64,000 nt of DNA from Candidatus Magasanikbacteria bacterium GW2011_GWA2_56_11 (GCA_001004885.1 LCRX01000009.1:1459-65458); one strand, 5' to 3'. Numbered from the stretch's first letter, positions 39,355 to 50,609 are shown. Program-made: numbers and translations. The notes: generated by a model from the letters alone, not told the origin.

Positions 39355-39480
39355 ATAATCGGGAGCGTCCGCTGATCGGCACGCCGCTGGCGCGGACGAT
39401 CGCGCTACGCAAACCGGCCGAATTGGTTTGGTATCGCGCGGTATGATTATGCCGGCGCGGTTAGGTGATGACCACATTAT

Positions 39481-39906
39481 ATGAACATATTGGCTATAGA
39501 TTACGGCAGTAAAAATATTGGCTTGGCCTGGGTGCAGGCAGGGCTAGACGTGGTGCTGCCGTTCGGGCGAATTTCGGCCCTGTCCGGAACCGGGAAGGGC
39601 AGAGGGGGGGTGGAAGATGTCGCCCGGGTGATAAAAGAAGAGGGCGTCGGCCTCGCGGTCGTCGGCTTGCCTTTGGGCCTGGATGGGAAAGAAAACGAAA
39701 ACACCAGGCGGGTGCGGTCGTTCGCGCGGGAGCTGCGGCAGGCGGCAGGCATCCCGGTAAAACTATTTGACGAGCGTTTTACTTCCCAAGCTGCTGACCG
39801 GCTCGGCCAGGGCGGCGCGAGCCGGGACGAGAAAGCGGCCATGGCCATACTGGAGACATATTTGGGGCAGGAGAAGCGATCCGGTTCTGGTCCGGACAGG
39901 CTTTAA
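39481..39906 (+). CDS. ruvX: YqgF/RuvX Holliday-junction-resolvase-like pre-16S nuclease
   Basis: ILAIDYGSKNIGLA...VVGLPLGLDGKE. Confidence 0.85.
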   Translation: MNILAIDYGSKNIGLAWVQAGLDVVLPFGRISALSGTGKGRGGVEDVARVIKEEGVGLAVVGLPLGLDGKENENTRRVRSFARELRQAAGIPVKLFDERFTSQAADRLGQGGASRDEKAAMAILETYLGQEKRSGSGPDRL

Positions 39907-39916
39907 TGTTTTTTTT

Positions 39917-40699
39917 ATGCTCGCCATAGTTCTTTCCCGCCGAGACTTTCGCGAGTTCGACCAAATAGTGTCTGTGTACACGTATGAGGCCGGCAAGAGG
40001 GAACTGCTCGCGCGCGGGATTAAAAAAATTACCAGCAAGCACGCGGCCCACTTGGAGCCGTTTTCTGTGGTTGATGTTTCCGTGGTGCCGGGCAAAGAAA
40101 TTGACCACCTGACCACGGTGCAGCCGGTGGAATATTTTCCGGCCATCCGCGGCGATTTTAAAAAAAGTTTTCTGGCTATGGCTATGGTCATGATCACTGA
40201 CCGGCTGGTCGGGACGCACGTGCCTGATAAAGGACTTTTTCGAGCGCTCAAAACCTGGCTCGAGGCTGTGTCCCAGGCGCCGGCGGCAGCGGGGGCGCTC
40301 GCGGACGCTTATGTCATGGTTATTCTGGAGCGCCTGGGTTTGGCTCCGGTTTTGGAGGGCTGCGTTTGCTGCGGCAAAACTTTTTCTGGTATTGGCCGCG
40401 AGGCCCTTAAGCCGGGCGAAGATACTGCCCCGGGAATATATTTCGGGGGCGGCGGACTGGCCTGCCCCGATTGCCGCCGTCTCAAGCTGGCGGCGGGCGA
40501 ACAAGTGATGGCGGCCGGCCTTAAGGAGATTAGCCTTTTGGGCCTTCTTCTTAAGGGTGACTGGCGGCTGATAAACAATTATGAGTTTGGCTCTGGGGAG
40601 GCCGAACGCCTGCACGATTTGGTTTATGCCTTTGCGCTCTACCATAGCGAGCGGAAGCTGGGGGACTGGGGGAATTTACCCCTGGAGCCAAAGTTTTAG
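39917..40699 (+). CDS. recO: DNA repair protein RecO
   Basis: N-terminal OB region (AIVLSRRDFREFDQIVSVYT) plus the C4 zinc finger CVCCG...CPDC. Confidence 0.8.
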   Translation: MLAIVLSRRDFREFDQIVSVYTYEAGKRELLARGIKKITSKHAAHLEPFSVVDVSVVPGKEIDHLTTVQPVEYFPAIRGDFKKSFLAMAMVMITDRLVGTHVPDKGLFRALKTWLEAVSQAPAAAGALADAYVMVILERLGLAPVLEGCVCCGKTFSGIGREALKPGEDTAPGIYFGGGGLACPDCRRLKLAAGEQVMAAGLKEISLLGLLLKGDWRLINNYEFGSGEAERLHDLVYAFALYHSERKLGDWGNLPLEPKF

Positions 40700-40860
40700 A
40701 GCCTGCTGCCAAAAATAATTCGGAGTCAGTTTCGGGCCGATTTTGAGCGAAAGATGTCTGGGTTGAGGAGGTATAATGGCGTTATGACGACTAAACCACG
40801 AACTTTTTGCAGCTAAAATCGGTCGAAAATGAGCCAGAATTATTTTGGGATTAGGCTCTA
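40698..40860. mobile_element. family B element copy B6 (diverged)
   Basis: TAGAGCCTGCTGCCAAAAATAATT...AATTATTTTGGGATTAGGCTCTAA. Confidence 0.45.
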
Positions 40861-41033
40861 ACAATTCAGGCGGAGATTCGTATCCGAGTCTTGTCAGTCG
40901 GGTTTTTACGTGATAGAGTGTGGGTGGTTTGTCTGCTTCGGCCGACGAATCCGGTCTTGCGCTTCGCCGCTTGTTTTAGCCCGGCGTGGTTATGCCGGGG
41001 CCGGCTGGAATTAATTTGTTTTTCTCTTTGTGT

Positions 41034-42329
41034 ATGCATATTTTTATCCGGGATGTCGCCGGCCATGTCGGCGGCAGCGTAACAGTCAAAGGCTGGCTCT
41101 ACAACAGCCGTTCTTCCGGCTCGCTTGCTTTTTTGGAGTTGCGCGACGGCACGGGATTTATTCAGGCGGTCGTGGCCAAAGACAGCGTTAGCCCCGAAAC
41201 TTGGCAGGCTGCCGGTAGCCTGACCCAGGAGTCTTCTCTCGCCGTTACCGGCATTGTCAGCGCCCATCCGAAGAAGATTAATGTTTTTGAACTCCAGGCA
41301 ACCGAGATTGCTATTATCGGGCTGGCCCAGGAATATCCGATCGCGCACAAGGAGCACGGTCCGGAATTTCTCATGGACAACCGGCATCTCTGGCTTCGAA
41401 GCAAACGCCAGTGGGCGATTTTACGGATTCGCGACGCGGTAGAGACGGCGATTCATGATTTTTTGCACGAGGAGAATTTCGTCCGGACAGATTCTCCCAT
41501 TTTTACCCCCAATGCCTGCGAAGGGACCACGACTCTTTTCTCGGTGCCCTATTTCGATCTGGGCGAGGCCTATCTGTCGCAGTCGGGACAGCTCTACATT
41601 GAAGCCGCGATTGCTTCGGTGGGCCGGTGTTATGATTTTGGCCCTGTGTTTCGCGCCGAAAAAAGCAAAACCAAGCGCCATTTGACTGAATTCTGGATGA
41701 TGGACGCGGAGGCGGCGTTTGTCGGACATGAGGAAAACCTGAAAATCCAGGAAGGACTGGTTAAGGCGATTGTCCGGCGCGTGCTCGAGAAATGCTCGCC
41801 GGAGCTGGCTGTTTTGGAGCGGGACGCGGCGCCGCTCCAGGCGGTGCTGGAGCAGGCGTTTACGCGCTTCACTTACGATGAGGCGGTCGCCAAACTGCAG
41901 CAAATGGGTTCTGACATCAAATACGGCGAAGACTTGGGCAATGACGATGAAAGTCTCTTGACAGAGGACAGCCCGGTGCCGGTTTTTATCGAGAAGTGGC
42001 CGCGGACGATCAAGCCGTTTTACATGAGAATCGATCCGGAGAACGGCGCCCGCGTGTTAAACGACGACCTTATCGGCATCGAGGGATCGGGAGAGATCAT
42101 CGGCGGATCGGAGCGCGAGAATGACTTCGATCTTCTCTTGTCCCGCATTCGGGCGGAGGGGTTGCCGGAAAGTGAGTACGCCTGGTATCTGGATTTGCGC
42201 CGGTACGGCAGCGTGCCGCACGCCGGCTTTGGCATCGGGCTCGAGCGCATGGTCCGCTGGATGGCCGGTGTCGAGCATATCCGCGAGTGCATTCCCTTCC
42301 CCCGCACCATAAACCGGCTGCGCCCCTAA
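41034..42329 (+). CDS. asnS: asparaginyl-tRNA synthetase
   Basis: Class II motifs; [25 protein letters not shown]. Confidence 0.9.
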   Translation: MHIFIRDVAGHVGGSVTVKGWLYNSRSSGSLAFLELRDGTGFIQAVVAKDSVSPETWQAAGSLTQESSLAVTGIVSAHPKKINVFELQATEIAIIGLAQEYPIAHKEHGPEFLMDNRHLWLRSKRQWAILRIRDAVETAIHDFLHEENFVRTDSPIFTPNACEGTTTLFSVPYFDLGEAYLSQSGQLYIEAAIASVGRCYDFGPVFRAEKSKTKRHLTEFWMMDAEAAFVGHEENLKIQEGLVKAIVRRVLEKCSPELAVLERDAAPLQAVLEQAFTRFTYDEAVAKLQQMGSDIKYGEDLGNDDESLLTEDSPVPVFIEKWPRTIKPFYMRIDPENGARVLNDDLIGIEGSGEIIGGSERENDFDLLLSRIRAEGLPESEYAWYLDLRRYGSVPHAGFGIGLERMVRWMAGVEHIRECIPFPRTINRLRP

Positions 42330-42341
42330 GGTTATTGAGGC

Positions 42342-43337
42342 ATGGCAAAAAAGTCTTTAGCCAACAAATCCGCCGGGCTGCCGGAGCAGTTTCTGCGCCG
42401 GCTTACCGGCATAGCGGGCCAGTCTGCGTACCAGGCGGTGGGCCGGACTTTTGTCGAACGTCCGACCACTTTTCGCGTTAACACGCTCCGGTCTGCCCGC
42501 CAGGAGGCGGCGCAGGCTTTGGGCGACGCTGGTTTTAGGATTAGAGAGATCCCCTGGTACCAGGGTGCCTTTGTGTTGCTCAACAAAACCAAGCGCGAAC
42601 TGACAGAGACGCCGCTTTACGGCCAGGGTAAAATATACATCCAGAGTCTGGCGAGCATGGCGCCGCCCCTGGTTTTGGGGCCGAGGGCAGGGGAAAAGGT
42701 TCTCGATCTGACGGCCGCGCCCGGGAGCAAGACCTCGCAAATTGCCGCGCTCATGGATCGCCAGGGTGAACTGGTGGCCAACGACAACAACAAAGTCCGT
42801 TTTTTTAAGCTCAAACATAATATGGAGCTTTTGGGCGTGGCAGAGAACGCCGCCGGGTGGCGGTTCACTCTGCGGATGGAGCCTGGCGCCGGATTATGCC
42901 GGGAGTACCCGGAGTATTTTGACCGGATTCTTTTGGATGCGCCGTGCAGCGCCGAGGCGCGTTTTATAGAGGGCGACGCCAGAACTTATGGATATTGGAG
43001 CGAGCGCAAAATAAAAGAGATGGCCTACAAGCAACGCCAGCTATTATTTTCTGCCTGGGGGGCGCTCAAACCGGGCGGCACCTTGGTGTACTCAACCTGC
43101 ACTTTCGCCCCCGAAGAGAACGAACTGCAAATTGCCCGCCTGGCAGAGCGTTTTCCGGCCGGCTCTCCCGCCGGCGGGGCGCGGCTCTCGCCGGTTGACT
43201 TGCCCGGCCTAAAGCGTCTGCCGCCGGTGGCGGCCTGGAAGGGTAGGGAAATGCTTCCAGAGATTAAAAAAACTTTCCGGATTATGCCGACGAACGAAAT
43301 CGAAGGTTTTTTCGTGGCTTGTCTCAAAAAGATTTAG
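42342..43337 (+). CDS. NOL1/NOP2/Sun-family rRNA cytosine-C5 methyltransferase (RsmB/RsmF-like)
   Basis: LDLTAAPGSKT...LLDAPCSAE...LVYSTCT. Confidence 0.8.
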   Translation: MAKKSLANKSAGLPEQFLRRLTGIAGQSAYQAVGRTFVERPTTFRVNTLRSARQEAAQALGDAGFRIREIPWYQGAFVLLNKTKRELTETPLYGQGKIYIQSLASMAPPLVLGPRAGEKVLDLTAAPGSKTSQIAALMDRQGELVANDNNKVRFFKLKHNMELLGVAENAAGWRFTLRMEPGAGLCREYPEYFDRILLDAPCSAEARFIEGDARTYGYWSERKIKEMAYKQRQLLFSAWGALKPGGTLVYSTCTFAPEENELQIARLAERFPAGSPAGGARLSPVDLPGLKRLPPVAAWKGREMLPEIKKTFRIMPTNEIEGFFVACLKKI

Positions 43338-43429
43338 ACGGCGTGCTGTGTATAACCCGGTCCCTTCGTGGCCGGGAAGGGGAGAATGTGCTATACTCAA
43401 GAAAAGTTTAGCGTGTTTAACTAACATTC

Positions 43430-46400
43430 ATGGCGCCATTCCTTTTGCCGTATTTGCGACGCATAAAGGAAATCCTGCCGGGTAGGCTCCGCCAGTACCG
43501 CTGGTTGGCGTTTTTTGTTGCTGCCGTCGGCATTGGCATGCTGGTTTGGGCGGGGCCGGCGGCGGCTCTCGACGGAACCGATGTTTTGAACGCCTTTATC
43601 AAGGCTATCGCCTGGCTCATGCTGGTTATCGCCCAGATTTGCATCGGGCTTACCATTTTTTTCCTGCGGTTTTTCATTTCCATCGCGAGCTACAACAACT
43701 ATATAGACGTGGACGTGGTCCAGCTGGGTTGGATAATGGTACGCGACGTGGCCAACATGTTTTTTGTCGTGGCGCTCTTGGTAATTGCCTTTGGCACCAT
43801 CTTGGGCCTCGAGGAATACGAGTGGAAAAAGAATCTGGTGAAACTGGTTTTGGCCGCCATTTTCATCAACTTCAGCAATCTTATCGCCCAGCTTATCATA
43901 GACGTGGCGCACGTTTTTACGATTACGTTCCTGAACGCGGTTTCGGCCACGGCCGGCGGCAATTTGATCAACATGTTCAAGCTGCAAAATATCCTGTCCA
44001 TCACCGGTACCGCAAACTCAGCCGACGACGATATTTTGCTCGCCACGCTGACCGGCGCCATTACGGCCGTGATTTTTTCCGTCATGGCCGCCATTGCCAT
44101 GGGTTCGTATGTTTTTGTCATGGCGTCCCGCGTCGTGGTCCTTTGGGCGCTTATCATCCTCTCGCCCCTGGCTTATCTTTTGGGCGTTTTGCCCAAAACC
44201 AAATCATACGCCGATCGCTGGTGGAGCGAGTTCGGCAAGCACGTGATCGTCGCGCCGGTGATGGTGTTCTTTCTTTGGCTGTCCTTCGCCACCCTGGGGA
44301 CCGGAGATATTATCACCGATATTGAAGCAAACGTCCCCAAATCGCAGCAGCTCGAGCAGATGGAGAATAGCGGCAAAGCTACCCAGATTTCGCTTTCCGA
44401 CGTTACTACCTGGGAAAACATGGCCAACTTCATCCTGGCTTTGGCCTTTATGATCGTCGGCCTCAAGGTTACCCAGGAAACCGGGGCCTACGGCAGCGGC
44501 GCGGTGAGCAAGGCCGTGGATTTCGGCAGAAAAGTGGCTACTATCGCGACCGGCTACGCGGCCGGCCGGTGGCTCGTGGGCAAGGGCCAGGATGTGGCGG
44601 CTTTTGCCGGCAAGGGTATTGCCAAGGGCGCCTATATCGCCACTCTCGAAAATCCGGTGGAGCGCTTCAAGATGGGTTTCATGCGCAACGTGGTCGAAGG
44701 TTATCGCGAGTGGCGCGCGCGCGGTCCGCTGATCGCCAAACGGGAACGCGAGGCCGAGTTGGCAGAGGGCCAAGACCTGACGGTGGCCGAGAAAGCCGCC
44801 GGCATGAAAGTGGTTGAGAACCGGGCCGACGCCACGGGCAAAATTTTCAAGTCCGAGCTGGCCGAGGGCGAGCAGTTGACCGACGCCGAGAAGGCGGCCG
44901 GCATGCGGGTGGCGGAAAGAGCCAAACGTTTCAAGGGTAACAGCCGGGGTGAGATCCTCAAAGAAAACTACTTCGAGTTCGAAAAGAACGATCCGCGCAA
45001 CGCCTTGGTCCGTTTCGTTCACGGACGATTGCACAGCCGCCACGAGAAGCTGATCAAGTCGAAAAAACTTTTGGAAAAAGTTACGAAAGAGAAGGGTTAT
45101 AATGAAGAACTCATGGATAAGCGGGTAACCGCCAGCCCCAAGCACCTTTTTCAGAGTTTTGAAGGCATAGAAGGCGTGCACCGCTTCGACGCCCTTGACC
45201 GTATCGAACAGGGTATGGTCGAGGCCGAGAAAATGCGGTCGGCCGCCAAAACAGAGGAGTTCTCGGCTTACGGCAAGGCTTTGATTTTGGAAAACCCGCG
45301 TTTTAAAGACGGCGAGTGGAAGGTACCGGGTACGAGGGGCGCCAAAGGCAGCATGATCGAGCAAATCGTCGAGCACAAGGAAAAGGCGGCCCTCGCGGAG
45401 CAGCGCATCCAGCAGCTGACAAGTGGCACCAAGGAAAAGTACCTGAAAGGCTCCAAGGGCCAGATGACGCTCCAGGGCCGGATAAAGGCCGAACTCGAGA
45501 CCAAGGCGCACGACGCCGAAGCGCAAAATCTGCAGGCCGCGGCCCAATTCCAGGTGGCCAACACCGATGTGCGCGAAATGGAGCGCCGCCGGAAAGAGCT
45601 GGACGACAAGGTGGCGCGCGGCGAGATGTCGCCAGAGCAGGCGGAAAAGGAAAGAAAAAAGCTGCGCGACGTTATCGCCCGGACCGTGGCCTCCGAAAAG
45701 CAGGCGCACACCTCGGAGATGGAGACCGAGGAATTGACCAAGGGGAAAGAGCGGGAGTATTACGGGACCAGGCATGGCGAAGAAGAACTGGCCAAGGAAG
45801 CCGAACTCAAGCGCAAGATCGCCTTGTCCGAGGCAGCGGTTAAATCGAAAGAAACCAAGGCGGAGGAAGAGTTCGCCGAAGATAAGGGCAGAAAAATAAT
45901 CCAGGAAACGAAGGCTCTGGAGGCCGAGACCACCGGCCAGGAGGCGGCCGCCAAGCGGGTCGAAGCCGAGGAACGGCGGAAGTTTTTGGCCACTGAACCG
46001 GGCCGCGATGTAGCCAGGAAAATCCAGGCCGAAGAGCTCAAAACCGGGGCCGAAGAAGAGGTCGTCAAACAGATTGAGGCCGAAGAAAAGAAGAAATTTG
46101 CCGATAGCATGCCCGGGCAGCAGGTCATCGAACAGACCAAGGCGGCTGAACTGGCCCGCGAGGTGGTTGAGGCGGAAATCAAAAAGATTGAAGCGCAGAA
46201 GCGCCGCGAGGTGCGCGAGCCGAGCCGCCAGAAACTAGATGATTTGTACCGCGAATTGGAAGAGATTGACGGGCGGACTGGTTTGACCGGCATCGACAGG
46301 GAGCTAGAGGCCAAAAACAGAGATATCGCGGCCAAAGAAGAGGAAAAGCAAAGAAGATTGGAAGAAATCAACGAGTACGTTTTGGGGTCCAAGAACAAGA

Positions 46401-49216
46401 CAGAGAAAAAACAGCGGACCCAAGAAGCCAAGGCGCAAAAAGCTGCCCTTGACAAGGAAATGTCCGATCTGTACGACAGCCGGGATGAAATTGTCGGCCG
46501 CCGCCAGGCCGTCAAGAGAAGCGCCGAGGCGCAGAAGGACGAGGCCTGGAAAAGTTTCCAGGACCGTTTGGAGCCGGGAGACCTTTTGGCCCGCAAGGTG
46601 GCCGCGGAAAAACAGGCCCATACCGAAGAGCTCAAGGTGGAGCAGATCGAAAAGGCTATGGAGCGCTCTTATTTTAGCGGCACCCATGGGCAGCACGAAC
46701 TCGAAGAAGAAGTGGCGCTCAAGGCCAGGGTAGAGGCCGATTCGGCCGAGGTCGAAGAAAAGGAAGCCAAGGCCAAACGGGATTACTTTTATGCCGGTCG
46801 CCATCCGGAGGCCAAGGTGCTTTTGTTCCGCAAAGAGCAGGCTACTCTGGGTAAACAGGCGGAAGAAGGGGAAACTGAACTGATGGAGCTGGAGCAGCGC
46901 CGCTTGGCCATGACCGCCGGCGCCGGCGCCGGCGGGCGGTTTACCCGTATCCAGGACGCGGCGGTGCGCAAAGAAGCCGAACAGGCGGAGATAACCAGGA
47001 CGGAAAAAGAGGGATTGCGCCAGGCGTACGACAGGGGCGCGGAGCAGGTTACCCGCGCCAACCTGGCCGAGCAGGCGGCCAAAGCGGCGGAGGAATTTAT
47101 CAAGCAAATAAAGAGCGCCGACCTGGAGAAGCAGTTTGTCGAGGCGGGCAAAAAACTGAACGAACTGTTGAAAAAAAGCAAAAATGACCTGAAGACACTG
47201 ATAGACGAGGTGAAAAAAGGCCGCCACGACGGCATCGTATCCGCGCTCGGCGCCGCCCAGGTTATCGGGGTGCAGGAGAAGAATACAGAACTGGCGCGCA
47301 AGCGCGCGGACGACGCGGCGCATGACGCTTTTGTATACAAGCCTAATTACGGCACTACTTCTCCCTCTTCCGCTTTTGCCGACTATGCCAAAAAGCAGCT
47401 CGAATCCTTCCGCAGCATGGAGCGCGCCAAGGCTATGAAGCAGGCGACGGACATTATGGCCCATTTAACGGAGATCAAGCGTAGCAAAAAGCCGCTGACA
47501 GTTGACCAGGAGGCCGAGCTGGCGGCCTCGACCACGTTCCTGACCGAAGAGGCCTGGGTAGACGATCAGGGAGAATACATATTTAAGATGCTGGGCAAGC
47601 TGCAAAAAGGCGAGATTGACGACGAAGACGAACGGCGGAGCTGGCAACATATGGCCGAAATGTTTGCTGAAATGGGCTGGATAAAGGGGGCGGACGGGAA
47701 AAGCGACCAAGTTTTTGAAGCTGACGGTTCGCTTAAGCGGGATGCCGTGTTGCTTAATAAGTACGACCGTAAGATGGCCGGCGATTTGCAGAATCTGGCC
47801 CTGACCGGGCTGGACACCGAGTTGTCACAAGCGCACAATGCGATTGCCGCAGAGTACGATAAAAATAACGGCAAGGTACAACAAGCGGCCAGCGCAGCGC
47901 AAGATGCGGAAATCACCAAGCTTAAAACGGATGGCAAATATAGGCCTCTTTTGGATGAGGCCGAAACAAATGCGAGAGCGTCAGTGCGGCAGTATTATGA
48001 CGCCAGACTTGTCGCCGTTAAAGAGCAAGCCAGGCAGCAGGAAGAAAAAAAACTTAAAGGCGGGCCCAAGCTAGACGATGCCGCTAAACAGCAACGACTA
48101 GAAGCGGCCGTTGCCGCCGCCGAGACGCAGTTTAGAGTAGAACATGCGGGAGAAATGGAAGAGCAGATTGAATTTCAGATTAAAGTTGAACAAGATAAAG
48201 CGCTGGGGGAAAATAGCGAAGCGAAAGCGGCAATCAAAAAGGCTGTGGAGGATGCCGTTACGCCGCTTAAAAAATCATACTGGGAGGTGGCGGCAGATGT
48301 ATTGTCCACAGGGAAAGGCGGTTCCATTAGTACTGTCGAGCAGCTCAAGGACAGATTTGACCGGCACGGCGATATGCTGCAGTTCGCCACCCGGACCTTC
48401 AAAAAGAACGCTTTGGACACCGGCCACGAAGAGCTGGGTATGAACCAGGATTTTGATGAGGATGAGGACGTTTACCGTTTTCGTACGGCTGGCGAAGGCA
48501 GGGCATTGTTGAGGGCTGACCGTGTTAAGATTGATCGGAGCAAGCTTATAGCCTCTGACCAATTTCACACCAACGGCGTTTTGAACTTTCGCCATGGCAT
48601 AATTGACGATTTCGCAGAGAGCGCTCTATCCCTTACCTTTGGCAAGATAACCAAGGCCATGGAATTCACCAGAATGCCGGAAAGATCTCTTAAAGGCGGC
48701 TATTATATTCATAAAAATGAGGATGCTGCCGTGGAACGCACGCTTGATAAAACTACAGGTAAAATGGTTTCTTATGCTATTTTGGGCAGCGAATCGGCCC
48801 GGGCGAAGTTTGCAGACGATGGCGACGTTACCGCGGAGCAGCAGCGCAACCATATGATGGCGCGCGGCGTGCTTACTCATTTGATGGCTGCGGGTAGCGG
48901 CAGGGGTTTTGCTTTGGGCGCCCACAGACTGTTCCAGCACATCAGCGAGCAGCAAGCGCAGCAGGGGATTGTCAATACAAAAATAGGCGATATGCCGTTT
49001 AGAACGGCCAAGGAGGTGGCTAGGTACATTCGGACGGCTCTGGAGGGTAAGAATGCCGGTTTTATGCATGCCTTCACCCAATCAACGTATGCTGACCAGG
49101 AAGATCGCGTTTTAGCCATGATGAGACAGATCGAGAACGAAAGGCCAAAAGCAGATTTCGGAAATCAGTCGGAGGCCGAAGAGTACGATCAAATGCAGCA
49201 AACTCTGGCAGCCTAA
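43430..49216 (+). CDS. giant 1928-aa protein with a polytopic membrane N-terminus (VirB6/TrbL-like, about 8 TM) and a coiled-coil extension of about 1500 aa containing internal repeats
   Basis: Single uninterrupted ORF; hydrophobic helices in the first ~350 aa; the remainder is E/K/A/R-rich with repeated modules (for example VASEKQAHT...YYGTRHG and VAAEKQAHT...YFSGTHG). Confidence 0.75.
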   Translation: MAPFLLPYLRRIKEILPGRLRQYRWLAFFVAAVGIGMLVWAGPAAALDGTDVLNAFIKAIAWLMLVIAQICIGLTIFFLRFFISIASYNNYIDVDVVQLGWIMVRDVANMFFVVALLVIAFGTILGLEEYEWKKNLVKLVLAAIFINFSNLIAQLIIDVAHVFTITFLNAVSATAGGNLINMFKLQNILSITGTANSADDDILLATLTGAITAVIFSVMAAIAMGSYVFVMASRVVVLWALIILSPLAYLLGVLPKTKSYADRWWSEFGKHVIVAPVMVFFLWLSFATLGTGDIITDIEANVPKSQQLEQMENSGKATQISLSDVTTWENMANFILALAFMIVGLKVTQETGAYGSGAVSKAVDFGRKVATIATGYAAGRWLVGKGQDVAAFAGKGIAKGAYIATLENPVERFKMGFMRNVVEGYREWRARGPLIAKREREAELAEGQDLTVAEKAAGMKVVENRADATGKIFKSELAEGEQLTDAEKAAGMRVAERAKRFKGNSRGEILKENYFEFEKNDPRNALVRFVHGRLHSRHEKLIKSKKLLEKVTKEKGYNEELMDKRVTASPKHLFQSFEGIEGVHRFDALDRIEQGMVEAEKMRSAAKTEEFSAYGKALILENPRFKDGEWKVPGTRGAKGSMIEQIVEHKEKAALAEQRIQQLTSGTKEKYLKGSKGQMTLQGRIKAELETKAHDAEAQNLQAAAQFQVANTDVREMERRRKELDDKVARGEMSPEQAEKERKKLRDVIARTVASEKQAHTSEMETEELTKGKEREYYGTRHGEEELAKEAELKRKIALSEAAVKSKETKAEEEFAEDKGRKIIQETKALEAETTGQEAAAKRVEAEERRKFLATEPGRDVARKIQAEELKTGAEEEVVKQIEAEEKKKFADSMPGQQVIEQTKAAELAREVVEAEIKKIEAQKRREVREPSRQKLDDLYRELEEIDGRTGLTGIDRELEAKNRDIAAKEEEKQRRLEEINEYVLGSKNKTEKKQRTQEAKAQKAALDKEMSDLYDSRDEIVGRRQAVKRSAEAQKDEAWKSFQDRLEPGDLLARKVAAEKQAHTEELKVEQIEKAMERSYFSGTHGQHELEEEVALKARVEADSAEVEEKEAKAKRDYFYAGRHPEAKVLLFRKEQATLGKQAEEGETELMELEQRRLAMTAGAGAGGRFTRIQDAAVRKEAEQAEITRTEKEGLRQAYDRGAEQVTRANLAEQAAKAAEEFIKQIKSADLEKQFVEAGKKLNELLKKSKNDLKTLIDEVKKGRHDGIVSALGAAQVIGVQEKNTELARKRADDAAHDAFVYKPNYGTTSPSSAFADYAKKQLESFRSMERAKAMKQATDIMAHLTEIKRSKKPLTVDQEAELAASTTFLTEEAWVDDQGEYIFKMLGKLQKGEIDDEDERRSWQHMAEMFAEMGWIKGADGKSDQVFEADGSLKRDAVLLNKYDRKMAGDLQNLALTGLDTELSQAHNAIAAEYDKNNGKVQQAASAAQDAEITKLKTDGKYRPLLDEAETNARASVRQYYDARLVAVKEQARQQEEKKLKGGPKLDDAAKQQRLEAAVAAAETQFRVEHAGEMEEQIEFQIKVEQDKALGENSEAKAAIKKAVEDAVTPLKKSYWEVAADVLSTGKGGSISTVEQLKDRFDRHGDMLQFATRTFKKNALDTGHEELGMNQDFDEDEDVYRFRTAGEGRALLRADRVKIDRSKLIASDQFHTNGVLNFRHGIIDDFAESALSLTFGKITKAMEFTRMPERSLKGGYYIHKNEDAAVERTLDKTTGKMVSYAILGSESARAKFADDGDVTAEQQRNHMMARGVLTHLMAAGSGRGFALGAHRLFQHISEQQAQQGIVNTKIGDMPFRTAKEVARYIRTALEGKNAGFMHAFTQSTYADQEDRVLAMMRQIENERPKADFGNQSEAEEYDQMQQTLAA

Positions 49217-49228
49217 ACATATGACCGT

Positions 49229-50605
49229 ATGCACCACCTAGAAACCAAGCAATTTCTTCCGCGCTATTTCGTCGCCGACTGGCCGGTTACAGCTTCTTCT
49301 GTCCGGAAGCTGGCCGAGGCCGGCCGCCGGATAAGCGTGGACAATCCGAAGCTGGATACCGTCTGGCAGTATGCCCGGCAAATTACCGATTTTCTGGCGA
49401 CCGCGGCCGACGATCCGGAGAATTTTGTGTTGGAGCCGTGGGAGCGGCAGGTTATTTCCCTGGTGGAGACTCAGCCCTTGGAAGAGGCTGTGAGCGAGTT
49501 GGCGATGTTGGAGCAGTCAATAGCGAAAGCGAATAGACGAGGCGGGGCAGAGTTGTCGTCGGGCGGCCTGGCAGAAGCGGTTACTTTGAGTGCCGAGAAT
49601 CTGGATTTTCTTAAGCTGGGCGACGATGTGCGCGCCGAGTGGCAACCCTTTGTCCAGCATATCTATTCCCTGGAAGAGTTCCAGGCCAAGACTGCCGCCT
49701 GGGAAGACCTAAATGTCGCCCGGCTGGCGCGCAGCGCGGTAGAGCTGTCGGCAGCCGAGCACAAAAAAGACGCGGCTCAGGCCATTTTATCTTTGTGCCT
49801 CTCCTTGCCGGTCAACGACGCCACGCAGTATACCTGGGAGGAGGCGTTTCTTTTAACTGTCTTCATTCAGGTTGTTTACAGGGCTCTGCCCCAGCTGTCC
49901 GAAGACGACAGGATAAGCGCGGTTAAAAATTTTTTTTACCGCGCCATTATGCTGGGAGTGCCGGTGCGGCAAATTTGCGCGGAATTGGTTTATGATACCG
50001 ACACGCCGATAAGCTACGCGCTCGAACATCGCTCTCTCAGCCAGGCGCTCGCGGACAACGTGGAAAAAGTCGTCCTGTCTTTGGACGGGCCGGTGAGCCG
50101 GCCCTGGAGCGATACGCTGAGTGAATACCGGTCCCGCGCGCGCGGCGGGCAGGACGAGACAAATTCCGCGCGGGAGTACGCGCTTGACCTGTATCCGGAA
50201 GGTGCGGCCGAGCCTAGGCTAAGAGAATGGTACGCCGAAATGCTCGATATTTTTGTCCACCTGGAAAAAGCCGACCTGGTGCCGCATAACCGCGGCGGCG
50301 AACTCGCCCCGGATGAAGCGTATCACAACGACCTGGTCCAGCTTATCGCCTGGTTCGGCGTCGGCGAGGCCGCCCGGAAAGATCTGGTCGGGTATTTTCA
50401 GACCGCCGGCGCGCGCGTGCCGCTCGCGGCTTTCCACAAAAGTCTGGAGGCGGCGGCCGATCTAAGCCAGGATACTACCGTGGAAAACGCGCTGGCTTGG
50501 GCCGATGCCCTGCGGTCGGCCGGGCTGTTGGGTCCGGACGAGGAAATTTTGGAGTTTCACGAGAATGACGGCCGGTTCCATTGGCGCCGGCAGCTGACAG
50601 CCTAA
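49229..50605 (+). CDS. hypothetical acidic protein, paralogue of the next gene
   Basis: Shared segments with the 50610 protein (FFYRAIMLGVPVRQ versus YFYQALASGVPVRYW). Confidence 0.6.
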   Translation: MHHLETKQFLPRYFVADWPVTASSVRKLAEAGRRISVDNPKLDTVWQYARQITDFLATAADDPENFVLEPWERQVISLVETQPLEEAVSELAMLEQSIAKANRRGGAELSSGGLAEAVTLSAENLDFLKLGDDVRAEWQPFVQHIYSLEEFQAKTAAWEDLNVARLARSAVELSAAEHKKDAAQAILSLCLSLPVNDATQYTWEEAFLLTVFIQVVYRALPQLSEDDRISAVKNFFYRAIMLGVPVRQICAELVYDTDTPISYALEHRSLSQALADNVEKVVLSLDGPVSRPWSDTLSEYRSRARGGQDETNSAREYALDLYPEGAAEPRLREWYAEMLDIFVHLEKADLVPHNRGGELAPDEAYHNDLVQLIAWFGVGEAARKDLVGYFQTAGARVPLAAFHKSLEAAADLSQDTTVENALAWADALRSAGLLGPDEEILEFHENDGRFHWRRQLTA

Positions 50606-50609
50606 ATAT

